A stretch of 64,000 nucleotides of DNA from Octopus vulgaris. Lineage: Eukaryota. The stretch is taken from contig OX597821.1 of assembly GCA_951406725.2 (NCBI GenBank), positions 86,180,001 through 86,244,000 on the forward strand. Direction: 5' to 3'. Below are positions 1-59,373 of the stretch, piece by piece (position 1 is the stretch's first letter; each line of letters starts with the position of its first letter). Below the pieces are notes generated by a model. The model searched no databases, had not been told where the DNA came from, and saw nothing but the letters and a program-made list of their open reading frames with translations. A program made the position numbers and the translations under genes.

Positions 1-98
1 GGTGTACCCTTATCAAACGAGTAGTCATGAGGGATATACTGGGCTTCGTATATTTTACCCCAGTGTCACTTTAATAGCATGCACTGTTCTCTCACTCA

Positions 99-148
99 GT
101 AATAATAATAATAATAATAAAATTAATAATGATAATAATGATAATAAC

Positions 149-196
<48 letters not shown>

Positions 197-228
197 GTTA
201 TTATTATTATTATCATTATTATTATTGT
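99..228. repeat. (AAT)n followed by (ATT)n microsatellite
   Basis: direct reading. Confidence 0.95.
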
Positions 229-232
229 AAGA

Positions 233-445
233 CGGTGAGCTGGCAGAAGCATTAGCACGCTGGGCAGGGTGCTTAGCGGCATTTCATCTGTCCTTACATT
301 CTGAGTTCAAATCCCGCCGAGGTCGACTTTGCGTCTCATCCTCTCGGGATTGATGAAATAAGTACCAATTACGCACTGGAGCCGATGTAACTGACTGGCC
401 CTCTCCCCTACGATTTCAGGTCTTGTGCCTAGAGTAGAAAGGATT
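233..445 (+). mobile_element. SINE family C (tRNA-like head, Deu/Nin-like core)
   Basis: GAGCTGGCAGAA...GAGTTCAAATCC B box; core GTCGACTTTGC..TCATCC..CGGG.T.GAT.AAATAAGTACC recurring many times in the window. Confidence 0.8.
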
Positions 446-477
446 ATATATATATATATATATACATATAAGGCAAA

Positions 478-660
478 TGGCACTCCGTCGGTTACGACGA
501 CGAAGGTTCCAGGTAATTCGATCAACTGAATAGCCTGCTCGTGAAATTAATGTACAAGTGGCCGAGCCTTTCACACACACGCGTACTCTTAACGCAGTTC
601 TCAGGGAGATTCAGTGTGACATAGAATGTAACAAGGCTGGCCCATTGAAGTACAGGTACT
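478..660 (-). mobile_element. SINE family B, diverged 3' fragment
   Basis: GCACTCCGTCGGTTACGACGACG...GCCTGCTCGTGAAATTAA matches the full copies at 10989 and elsewhere. Confidence 0.8.
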
Positions 661-669
661 ATTCATTGC

Positions 670-1048
670 TAGACTGCGGCCATGCTGGAGCACCGCCTTT
701 AGTCGAGCAAATCAACCCCGGGACTTATTCTTTGTAAGCCCAGTACTTATTCTATCAGTCTCTTTTGCCGAACCGCTAAGTGACGGGGACGTAAACACAC
801 CAGCATCGGTTGTCAAGCAATGCTAGGGGGACAAACACAGACACACAAACACACACATACATATATATATATATATACATATATACGACAGGCTTCTTTC
901 AGTTTCCGTCTACCAAATCCACTCACAAGGCATTGGTCGGCCCGGGGCTATAGCAGAAGACACTTGCCCAAGATGCCACGCAGTGGGACTGAACCCGGAA
1001 CCATGTGGTTGGTTAGCAAGCTACTTACCACACAGCCACTCCTGCGCC
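670..1048 (-). mobile_element. SINE family A (tRNA head, internal (TA)n(TG)n)
   Basis: reverse complement begins GGCGCAGGAGTGGCTGTGTGGTAAG..GGTTCAGTCCC; near-identical to 2645-3040 and 10310-10720. Confidence 0.9.
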
Positions 1049-1334
1049 TATTGTTGAAGAAGAAAACTAAAACATATATTTGTGTTTGGAGAGAGTCATA
1101 TGGTCTTAATGCCTTATTATGTAATATACACTCATGTATTTATCAGTTCTTATAGTTGTTGAAAAGAAATATTTCAGCTTTACATTTGACATTATAAAAG
1201 TGCACAACGGCAACAACAATAACAACAACGATGACGACGAGCTCAGTGACTCCAACTATATTGACAACAAAACACACCCACAGATTTTCCATATATGTAG
1301 TAGATATATTTACATATGTGTGTGTGCGCGTGCA

Positions 1335-1369
<35 letters not shown>

Positions 1370-1370
<1 letters not shown>

Positions 1371-1578
1371 CGTGTGTCCGTGTTTATCCCCCAACCATCA
1401 TCGCTTGACAACTGATGTTGGTGTGTTTACGTCCCTGTAAGCTAGCGGCTCGGCAAAAGAGACCGATAGAACAAGTACTAGGCTTACAAAAGATAAGACC
1501 TGGGGTCAATTTGTTCGACTAAAGGCGGTGCTCCAGCATGACCGCAGTGAAATGACTGAAACAAGTAAAAGAAGAAAG
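1370..1578 (+). mobile_element. SINE family A, 3' half
   Basis: GCTTGACAAC...GGCGGTGCTCCAGCATG...GAAACAAGTAAAAG. Confidence 0.85.
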
Positions 1579-1673
1579 AATATATATGTATATACATGTG
1601 TGTGTGTGCGTGTGTATATATGTTTATGTTTATGTTTTCCAGTTTCAGCTCTTGAGCTGTGGCCATGCTGGGG

Positions 1674-1760
<87 letters not shown>

Positions 1761-2050
1761 TGAAGAAAGCATTGTCTTTCGTTTTTTATAAAGTCAAAAC
1801 AATGCAAGTTATCAGAAAAGACATGTCAAAGGTTTGTACTTTATTTTGTATTTCAATACTTCAGGATCTCTTCCTCAGGAAATCTTCGGAGAAGTGTATT
1901 GTGAGCTTATTTCTATATTCTGTAGCGTGTATGTATGTATATATGTATGCATGTATGTATGTATGTATGTATGTATGTATGTATGTATGTATGTATGTAT
2001 GTATGTATGTATGTATGTATGTATGTATGTATGTATATATGTATGTATGT

Positions 2051-2270
2051 AACGGGAAGCTTTATGAAAATAAACAAAAGACGAAGGCAGGTGGAATACA
2101 AACAAACAATTGTATTAGTATGGCGCTCAGGAATATAAATAAAAATAAAACAAGTCTTTTACGTTTCGAGCCTACGCTCTTCAACAGAAAGATACACAGA
2201 AAAGAAACACGGAGAGAAACAAGGAGAGAGAAAAAATGCGTGCAGAAGCTAGCGAATCAACATGGCGATC
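2051..2270 (-). mobile_element. short non-coding repeat with minimal hammerhead motif (Penelope-type terminal sequence), inserted in (TATG)n
   Basis: near-identical to 46080-46381 in opposite orientation; (TATG)n on both sides. Confidence 0.75.
2155..2192 (-). ncRNA. minimal type I hammerhead-like motif (core CUGUUGA variant)
   Basis: minus strand TCTTT CTGTTGA A GAGC GTAG GCTC GAAA CG TA AAAGA: stem I, stem II and a palindromic mini stem III. Confidence 0.6.
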
Positions 2271-2453
2271 ATGTATGTATGTATGTATGTATGTATGTAT
2301 GTATGTATGTATGTATGTATGTATGTACGTATGTTTGGATGGACAGATGGATGGATGGATGGATGGATGGATGGATGGATGGATGGATGGATGGATCAGT
2401 GTGAAGCAGTGCAGCAGAGGAAATGTCAATATTTTTTCTTCAATCTTTTGTAG

Positions 2454-50421
<47,968 letters not shown>

Positions 50422-50454
50422 TGACCAAAGTGTATTGGAACAAATAATTATTTA

Positions 50455-50460
50455 AATAAA
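50455..50460 (+). promoter_or_regulatory. candidate polyadenylation signal of the MOXD1-like gene
   Basis: AATAAA about 35 nt after the predicted stop; AT-rich context makes a chance match possible. Confidence 0.4.
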
Positions 50461-51670
50461 CACAAAACCCAATTTAAATTATATTACGAAATGTACTGTT
50501 TTGAGGGCTGTTCATCTTCAGATTCTAACATCAGTGGAAAAGCTAAACATTTTGAGACGAAGAAAAACCGTTTGTTGTTTAGCATGTAACTGGCACTAAT
50601 TTGATCGGTCCCAGAAGTTAAAATTCATCACGGCAGGATTTGAACGCAAAACATGAAAAATTGTAGCAAAATGCTGCAAGCTGCTGTTTTATTATTCCAC
50701 ATCCTTGTTTCTCTTATTAATGAATTCTTAAATTGATATGAGAAGCATTTAAAAGAGAAGCGTATGTTATAAGGCGACTGGATCGACAGTTGCACATGAC
50801 TGCTGCTTGTAACGTAAAATAACTTAAATTCGTGATGCGCAAATTCTAATGTTCAGAATAATTCCTTTTTAAAAGAAAAACAAAAGCAGAAAAGAGAAGT
50901 GACATGAATGTCTGCTTGTCGTTCTTAACCCTCACAGTATTCCACTCCACTTCCAGTTTCTTCCCAAAACTCACTTACCAACACGGTACTCGCTCATACC
51001 TTATTTCAGATTTTTATTGTTATTTTTCTCCTATGCAGACCTTCACCAGTTTCGTTTCGATCTAGTTCGTTTCTTCATAATTTAACAATTCATGATGAGT
51101 TTTGAAAAGGGATATAAAAGAACAAAATTAAATACTGCATGACACTTCATGCGAACCTCTAGTAAGAACAGATTCTACTATGATACGGAAAATGACAGTG
51201 AGGAACAAATTTAGTATATCTATCAACATTTCAGCTTCTACACGAAAACAAAAGTTTCAATGATGAACGACAAGCTACTAGTGTACATTAGATGATTATG
51301 CTAATTGATATTGGTTATAATTCTTTCGAACGGTTGTCAACAGAGAGAAACACTTACATATATTTAGTACGAAATTTTCGAAGCTAAAATATCATATACA
51401 CAGAAATAAGTACATATTTGACTTTGTTGGCTCAGTAGTCAGCCAAAGGTTTGTGCATATCAGTAAGACAGAATAAAGAAAAAAAGGTTACCTTATAGAC
51501 TAGAGGTTGTTAGTAAGAGAAGGACGTATAAATTGGTTTTGTTCGTAGATATATTTGACATTGTTTTAGAATTTACTGATTAAGAGTTTCGTAAATATTT
51601 TCCCGCACGCTAAAGTACGCATATACACGCGCGCATACATATATGTATGTGTATATATATATATGAGTAT

Positions 51671-51975
51671 GGTGGAGGCGCAATGGCCCAGTGGTTATGG
51701 CAGCGGACTCGCAGTCGTAGGATCGCGGTTTCGATTCCAAGACCGGGCGTTGTGAGTGTTTATTGAGCGAAAACACCTAAAAGCTCCACGAGGCTCCAGC
51801 AGGGGGTGGTGATCCCTGCTGTACTCTTTCACCACTCTTTCTCCCACTCTTTTTTCTGTTGGCCTGCTCGCTTAGCCAGCGGGGTGGCGTCATTCGAAGG
51901 CTAAAACAATGCGAACGCATTGTGACCAGCGATGTGTAACTACATCTGATGGACTGGTCGGTCACGTGATCACGT
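51671..51975 (+). mobile_element. SINE with family-B head and a third type of 3' module
   Basis: head GGAGGCGCAATGGCCCAGTGG..; diverges after CTCTTTCACCAC to ..GGTCACGTGATCACGTG. Confidence 0.85.
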
Positions 51976-52009
51976 GCTATATGAGTATGTGTATGTATGT
52001 GCATATGCG

Positions 52010-52490
52010 CATGTAAGTGTTTCCTAAAAGAAACCGGAATTTTGCAATATAATTTTATTCACTTGATTTTACGTTTACACCTTTATCGCCTTCAAACATT
52101 CTCCATTTGAAGCAATCCATCGGTCCAGACACGTTTTCCACTATTCGAAGCAATACTGGAACCTTGCGAAGGGATGCTTTTAACACCTCCGTCGTTTTTT
52201 CTTCTTCACCTCTTCCACGTCTGCAAATTCCATAGCACCAGCTTTCGTCACCAATGATGACCTTCGAAAAAAGTTCCGCACCAACTTCCAACTGTTCTTT
52301 CAGTTCATGATATGCATTTAGTCATGATTACTTTTGATCTTCCTTGAGCAAGCGAGGCACAAATTTTGCTGCAACTTTTTTCATTCGCAATTCCTCGCTC
52401 AATGTTCATTGGTAGGAGTTTCAGGACACACCAGTCATATCAAGTTCACCAATTGTTCGGGAGGTCGACTGTCGTCCTGAATGAGGTTCG
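52010..52490 (-). mobile_element. internally deleted mariner remnant related to 11372-12316
   Basis: shared GGCACAAATTTTGCTGCAAC..CATTCGCAATTCCTCGCTCAA; KVIIGDESWCYG first catalytic Asp motif. Confidence 0.75.
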
Positions 52491-52538
52491 TCAGAAGCAG
52501 TAACACCACACGAGAAATAGATATTCTCGAATGCCCAG

Positions 52539-52720
52539 GAGGATTATTAGATGAAGTAGAATCTTCATGTTACGTAGTTGACCTTATTAGCAGTGGAGGA
52601 GGTTGGTCTGAAAGTATAGTCGCTAGAATATTAACCGGCTGGAGAAAGTTCAGAGAGCAATTACCTCTAGAGGTAACAAATGGTCTCTCTCTCTCTCTTT
52701 CTCTTTCTCTCTCCTCTCAG

Positions 52721-52758
<38 letters not shown>

Positions 52759-52895
52759 CATTTGTCACCTCTAGAGGTAATTGCTCTCTGAACTTTCTCC
52801 AGCCGGTTAATATTCTAGCGACTATACTTTCAGACCAACCTCCTCCACTGCTAATAAAGTCAACTACGTAACACGAAGATTCGACTTCATCTAAT

Positions 52896-52902
<7 letters not shown>
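52539..52902. repeat. inverted duplication (144 bp arms) of an RTE LINE fragment around a (CT)n/(GA)n centre
   Basis: 52539-52682 pairs with 52759-52902; peptide ISSGGGWSESIVARILTGWRKFREQLPL is homologous to VSSGGECTESVTARVRIAWAKFRELLPL of the RTE at 33300. Confidence 0.9.
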
Positions 52903-52946
<44 letters not shown>

Positions 52947-53065
52947 CTCTCTTTCTTCCTCTCTCTCTCTCTCTCTCAGGCAGAAAAACAGATTGAATAA
53001 TGCATACATACACGCATACATACATACATGCATATATGTGTATGTTTGTATATATATATATATAT

Positions 53066-53096
<31 letters not shown>

Positions 53097-53244
53097 CAAA
53101 AAGCAATAAAGATTCAAGTTAATTTAAATGAATTTACTTGAATATGGTACCTAACTTAGATGCACCAAAAAAACTATACTGATTTAACAATACAGTAATG
53201 TGGGGTGATTATAAGCGAGAATGAAGCAACAAGAATGGATAGGT

Positions 53245-53335
53245 TTTTAGTACAATCGTTTCATACAAGGACAGGTTTTATTAAAAGTTGCAAAGATTAC
53301 AGCATATAAACGTGTCCCGTACTCATCAGCTAAAA
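53245..53335 (-). ncRNA. mirror copy of the Penelope hammerhead ribozyme
   Basis: reverse complement of 58717-58807. Confidence 0.82.
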
Positions 53336-54874
53336 TACATGTGAGTTCTCTAGACATCCTAGTGGTTGAGGCTATTACTCATGAAGTAATGTAGATAATT
53401 AAGTAACATAAACAGATTTCAAAAGTTCATTAAAGTTCTTTAAAGATGATGTACAGTCTTATCACAGAATTTTAAAAAAGTCTTAATAGCATCACAGAGA
53501 AGGTGACCCAATCCATAGTGCACATATGAATTTCCAGAGATATGATGAGGGATTACATACTCACAGAAGGCAAATTTATCCATTGTTAATTACAACTAGG
53601 TGGGTTTCAATTCCTGCTTATTAGCATTACAGAGAGGGTGAATTAATCCTTTGTATAGATGCACAATTTCCAATGGTGTAGGTGTAAATTTCCAAGGAAT
53701 TTCATATTCACAGGCGATAAATTTATCAATGGTTGAACACAATGAGGTAGGTATCAATTCTTGCTATATGATTAGGTATTTGCCACATTAATCACATTAC
53801 TGCTATTTACAAGAGGCTGTAGCTATTTAACTTTTAAAGGCTGAAGGGCTTACTGGAGCTGTATAGAATAGAAAAGGGAGGGGCATAGAAGAAAAGAGAG
53901 AAAATAAAAGAAAGAAAATAAAATAAAAGAGGAGGGGGCAAAAAGGGGGGGGAAAGGGGGACTCAAAGAGAAGAGAAAAGGAAAAAGAGAATAAGAAGAA
54001 GAAAAAGAAAAAAAGAGAAAAGAGAAAGAAAAAGAAAAGGAATAGGGAAGGAAGGGAACAAAGAAAAAGAAAAAGAAGAAAAAAAGAAAAAAGAAAAAAG
54101 AAGAAAGAAGAAAGAAAAAGATAAAAAGGGTTCTAGTTATACAGAAGAATTAGTAGACGACAAGTCTGGTTTTAGTTTACAGGCATCTAGGAATTAGAGG
54201 AGAATATTATTCTTTGACCAGTTAAAATAGCTAATTTATTGCTGTTGAAATCAGCTATGAATTTAAAGAGAATCTAAAGAGATAACACAGTTAGGGGTCT
54301 CGGGGTCAGATGCTAAAATCACCAGAAAATACATTAGGGAAAACTAGGTATAATCTTATCAAAAAGTCATTAAAATTTACTTACTTATTTATTCATTTTA
54401 TTGTCTTAAGGAGTTGCCGTTATTATTCATACATTGACGGACTACAGGTCAAATCTTAGGAGATCATTCAAAAGGTGTTAGGGGATTGTCTATCATAATG
54501 AAGATAATCATATTATCACCGAGGGAATAGTCTCATTTATTTAATTTTGAAATAGAACAATGGGTCTATAGTAACTCATTTTAATTAATTAGAGTTATGC
54601 TAATTAAATTAGATTAAGTTAGGAACTAAAATTAAAAATTACAATTAAGATTTAAAATTAAGAATTTAAAAAATTTAAAAATTGTGAGTTTGAAATTAAA
54701 TAAAGCCTCAATTAAGCGGCGAATAAGTGCTATTCATTTCCCTGTTCTCAAAAAACTGATGTAGATATAGGAAAAAGATAACTGTAGTGTGAGAACTCTT
54801 AGTTATCTACTTAAAGCAGTGCTATACCAGTAGAAATCAGGTTATATCTATCTATCTAGTTACGAATATTCTAA

Positions 54875-55752
54875 TCATTTAAAATATTTTAAAGTCTTCA
54901 ATTTAGCGTGGACACAAACTTGACCTAGTTCGATATGGTTGTTCAATAGGTTTCTATGTTTTCTATGCTTTAGAATTTCATATGTCTCCATGGAGCATAG
55001 TTGGCAACCAACCCTACTATTTTTATACGGAATTGCTCTCCTAACTATTTCCCAATTAAGGTTATAATTTTTATTATTATTTTTGAGTTCCCAGATTTTG
55101 TTTAAAAGTGTGGTGGTACCAGCTTTATGACGTAATTTAAAAGTCGAGATGTGATTTCTAACTCTAGCTAAAAAATTTATTGTACATCCAAGGTAATAAT
55201 ATTTGTTATTCTCCGTGGATATGGTACATTTATAGATTACATTATTTTCTCCACATAGACCAGGTGCCGGGCATTTTGATTTTATTCTACACTTACACAC
55301 AGGAGGAATACCTTCAGGCTTTGGATTATTCTTGGGTAGATGTTTTAGGTTCCTGTTATTTTGATTATCATTTCTATAGTTGGTGCTGATATCTAAAGTA
55401 TTGCTATTATTTCTTGATCCTTCTGTTTCATTATTTAGATCTAAAGTCCTACCATGATTTCTTATATTATTGGTAATGTTAATATTATTGCTAGTCTTTT
55501 TATCCGACTGCATATTGTTGTTATAGATATCACTAATATTTTCATTCTCCTTATTTTCTCTATTTTCCCTATTTCTATTATTTTTATTATTAACATTATT
55601 ACTTCTACTAATATCGGCATTGCTATTATTACTATTAATGTTAATGTTATTAGTCATTCTGTGGTTACTAATTTCACCTATGTTTTGATAGTTACTATTG
55701 CTGCTTTTATTGTTGGTAGTATTATTACAATTGCTATTGGTCTTCATGCCGA

Positions 55753-55783
<31 letters not shown>

Positions 55784-56104
55784 TATATTTCTATCTTTCC
55801 TGGCTAGTTTAATGTTGTTATTATTAATCTTAGCTATTAAAGTGGACATATTTGGGAGGGTTGAATAAGAAATCCTAACTGTTTTCCTAGAAATAATTCT
55901 ATGATATCTATGAGAGATAGGGAAATTTTTTTCCAGAATCACTTTGAATTTGTTCTGTATATCTGATTGTATCGCACAGTTGAAAGGAATATTCAGCCAT
56001 AATATATCTTTTTTATTAAATTTAGGGTTCGTAGAATTATTACTATTCATCTCACCGGAGTTATTGTATTTATTACCATTATTTTTATTTTTATTTGTGT
56101 GCAT
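54875..56104 (-). CDS. 5'-truncated Penelope-like ORF: linker + Cys cluster + GIY-YIG endonuclease (no RT domain)
   Basis: ILWLNIPFN..HRIISRKTVRISYSTLPNM, CKCRIKSKCPAPGLC, VIYKC..YYLGCT..RVRNH, CQLCSME; frame stays open upstream to the junction, so the Met is internal. Confidence 0.8.
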
Positions 56105-56200
56105 CTTAGGTTTATCTACTTCAATACTATCCGAGTTACCTATGTTCTGGTCAATGTTTCTATTTGAATTGTTGGGCCTGTACGCTAGACTAGCGTAAAT

Positions 56201-56266
56201 ATGTCCACTTTAATAGCTAAGATTAATAATAACAACATTAAACTAGCCAGGAAAGATAGAAATATA

Positions 56267-56297
<31 letters not shown>

Positions 56298-57175
56298 TCG
56301 GCATGAAGACCAATAGCAATTGTAATAATACTACCAACAATAAAAGCAGCAATAGTAACTATCAAAACATAGGTGAAATTAGTAACCACAGAATGACTAA
56401 TAACATTAACATTAATAGTAATAATAGCAATGCCGATATTAGTAGAAGTAATAATGTTAATAATAAAAATAATAGAAATAGGGAAAATAGAGAAAATAAG
56501 GAGAATGAAAATATTAGTGATATCTATAACAACAATATGCAGTCGGATAAAAAGACTAGCAATAATATTAACATTACCAATAATATAAGAAATCATGGTA
56601 GGACTTTAGATCTAAATAATGAAACAGAAGGATCAAGAAATAATAGCAATACTTTAGATATCAGCACCAACTATAGAAATGATAATCAAAATAACAGGAA
56701 CCTAAAACATCTACCCAAGAATAATCCAAAGCCTGAAGGTATTCCTCCTGTGTGTAAGTGTAGAATAAAATCAAAATGCCCGGCACCTGGTCTATGTGGA
56801 GAAAATAATGTAATCTATAAATGTACCATATCCACGGAGAATAACAAATATTATTACCTTGGATGTACAATAAATTTTTTAGCTAGAGTTAGAAATCACA
56901 TCTCGTCTTTTAAATTACGTCATAAAGCTGGTACCACCACACTTTCAAACAAAATCTGGGAACTCAAAAATAATAATAAAAATTATAACCTTAATTGGGA
57001 AATAGTTAGGAGAGCAATTCCGTATAAAAATAGTAGGGTTGGTTGCCAACTATGCTCCATGGAGACATATGAAATTCTAAAGCATAGAAAACATAGAAAC
57101 CTATTGAACAACCATATCGAACTAGGTCAAGTTTGTGTCCACGCTAAATTGAAGACTTTAAAATATTTTAAATGA
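56201..57175 (+). CDS. mirror, more truncated copy of the GIY-YIG ORF
   Basis: identical to the last 324 aa of the minus ORF except T/S and L/S substitutions. Confidence 0.75.
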
Positions 57176-58716
57176 TTAGAATATTCGTAACTAGATAGAT
57201 AGATATAACCTGATTTCTACTGGTATAGCACTGCTTTAAGTAGATAACTAAGAGTTCTCACACTACAGTTATCTTTTTCCTATATCTACATCAGTTTTTT
57301 GAGAACAGGGAAATGAATAGCACTTATTCGCCGCTTAATTGAGGCTTTATTTAATTTCAAACTCACAATTTTTAAATTTTTTAAATTCTTAATTTTAAAT
57401 CTTAATTGTAATTTTTAATTTTAGTTCCTAACTTAATCTAATTTAATTAGCATAACTCTAATTAATTAAAATGAGTTACTATAGACCCATTGTTCTATTT
57501 CAAAATTAAATAAATGAGACTATTCCCTCGGTGATAATATGATTATCTTCATTATGATAGACAATCCCCTAACACCTTTTGAATGATCTCCTAAGATTTG
57601 ACCTGTAGTCCGTCAATGTATGAATAATAACGGCAACTCCTTAAGACAATAAAATGAATAAATAAGTAAGTAAATTTTAATGACTTTTTGATAAGATTAT
57701 ACCTAGTTTTCCCTAATGTATTTTCTGGTGATTTTAGCATCTGACCCCGAGACCCCTAACTGTGTTATCTCTTTAGATTCTCTTTAAATTCATAGCTGAT
57801 TTCAACAGCAATAAATTAGCTATTTTAACTGGTCAAAGAATAATATTCTCCTCTAATTCCTAGATGCCTGTAAACTAAAACCAGACTTGTCGTCTACTAA
57901 TTCTTCTGTATAACTAGAACCCTTTTTATCTTTTTCTTTCTTCTTTCTTCTTTTTCTTTTTTTCTTTTTTTTCTTCTTTTTCTTTTTCTTTGTTCCCTTC
58001 CTTCCCTATTCCTTTTCTTTTTCTTTCTCTTTTTCTCTTTTTTCTTTTTCTTCTTCTTATTCTCTTTTTCCTTTTCTCTTCTCTTTGAGTCCCCCTTTCC
58101 CCCCCCTTTTTGCCCCCTCCTCTTTTATTTTATTTTCTTTCTTTTTTATTTTCTCTCTTTTCTTCTATGCCCCTCCCTTTTCTATTCTATACAGCTCCAG
58201 TAAGCCCTTCAGCCTTTAAAAGTTAAATAGCTACAGCCTCTTGTAAATAGCAGTAATGTGATTAATGTGGCAAATACCTAATCATATAGCAAGAATTGAT
58301 ACCTACCTCATTGTGTTCAACCATTGATAAATTTATCGCCTGTGAATATGAAATTCCTTGAAATTTACACCTACACCATTGGAAATTGTGCATCTATACA
58401 AAGGATTAATTCACCCTCTCTGTAATGCTAATAAGCAGGAATTGAAACCCACCTCGTTGTAATTAACAATGGATAAATTTGCCTTCTGTGAGTATGTAAT
58501 CCCTCATCATATCTCTGGAAATTCATATGTGCACTATGGATTGGGTCACCTTCTCTGTGATGCTATTAAGACTTTTTTAAAATTCTGTGATAAGACTGTA
58601 CATCATCTTTAAAGAACTTTAATGAACTTTTGAAATCTGTTTATGTTACTTAATTATCTACATTACTTCATGAGTAATAGCCTCAACCACTAGGTTGTCT
58701 AGAGAACTCACATGTA

Positions 58717-58807
58717 TTTTAGCTGATGAGTACGGGACACGTTTATATGCTGTAATCTTTGCAACTTTTAATAAAACCTGTCCTTGTATGAAACGATTGT
58801 ACTAAAA
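58717..58807 (+). ncRNA. type I hammerhead ribozyme with long stem II, at the 3' end of the Penelope-like element
   Basis: TTTTAG CTGATGA GTACGGGACA...TGTCCTTGTAT GAAA CGATTG TA CTAAAA; predicted cleavage after 58801. Confidence 0.82.
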
Positions 58808-58836
58808 ACCTATCCATTCTTGTTGCTTCATTCTCG

Positions 58837-58837
<1 letters not shown>

Positions 58838-58902
<65 letters not shown>

Positions 58903-59049
58903 CATATATATATAATATATATATATAAAATATACATATATGTAATATACATATATATATATAATATATACACACATGTATATAATGTACATATATATCA
59001 TATATATATGTATATATATATATATATATATATACTTATATATATATAA

Positions 59050-59100
<51 letters not shown>

Positions 59101-59120
59101 TATATGTATATAAATATTAG

Positions 59121-59156
<36 letters not shown>

Positions 59157-59177
59157 TCAAAAATATATATATATATG

Positions 59178-59227
<50 letters not shown>

Positions 59228-59260
59228 AATATTAGATACATATATATATATATATATATT

Positions 59261-59291
<31 letters not shown>

Positions 59292-59292
59292 G
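58838..59292. repeat. degenerate (TA)n array
   Basis: direct reading. Confidence 0.95.
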
Positions 59293-59339
59293 CTGCTCTA
59301 ACTCTTAGAGTGCGCTTCTCTCTCTCTCTTTCTCTCTCG

Positions 59340-59373
<34 letters not shown>

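Larger units (their letters stand above)
53100..58838. mobile_element. Penelope-like retroelement (Neptune-type linker + GIY-YIG), two 5'-truncated copies head-to-head as a 2.64 kb inverted repeat
   Basis: arms 53214-55853 and 56197-58838, 343 bp spacer; GIY-YIG ORF and 3' hammerhead in each arm; (TA)n on both flanks. Confidence 0.92.

Noticed and set aside
1758-1925. Unique island between microsatellites, checked for a hammerhead
   Set aside because: Only partial matches (CTGATAA, CTGAGGA) without compatible stems were found.
54875-57175. Divergent pair of Asn-rich host genes, or a homing-endonuclease or toxin pair
   Set aside because: The two ORFs are mirror copies of one 5'-truncated Penelope-like ORF; both start codons are internal Mets.
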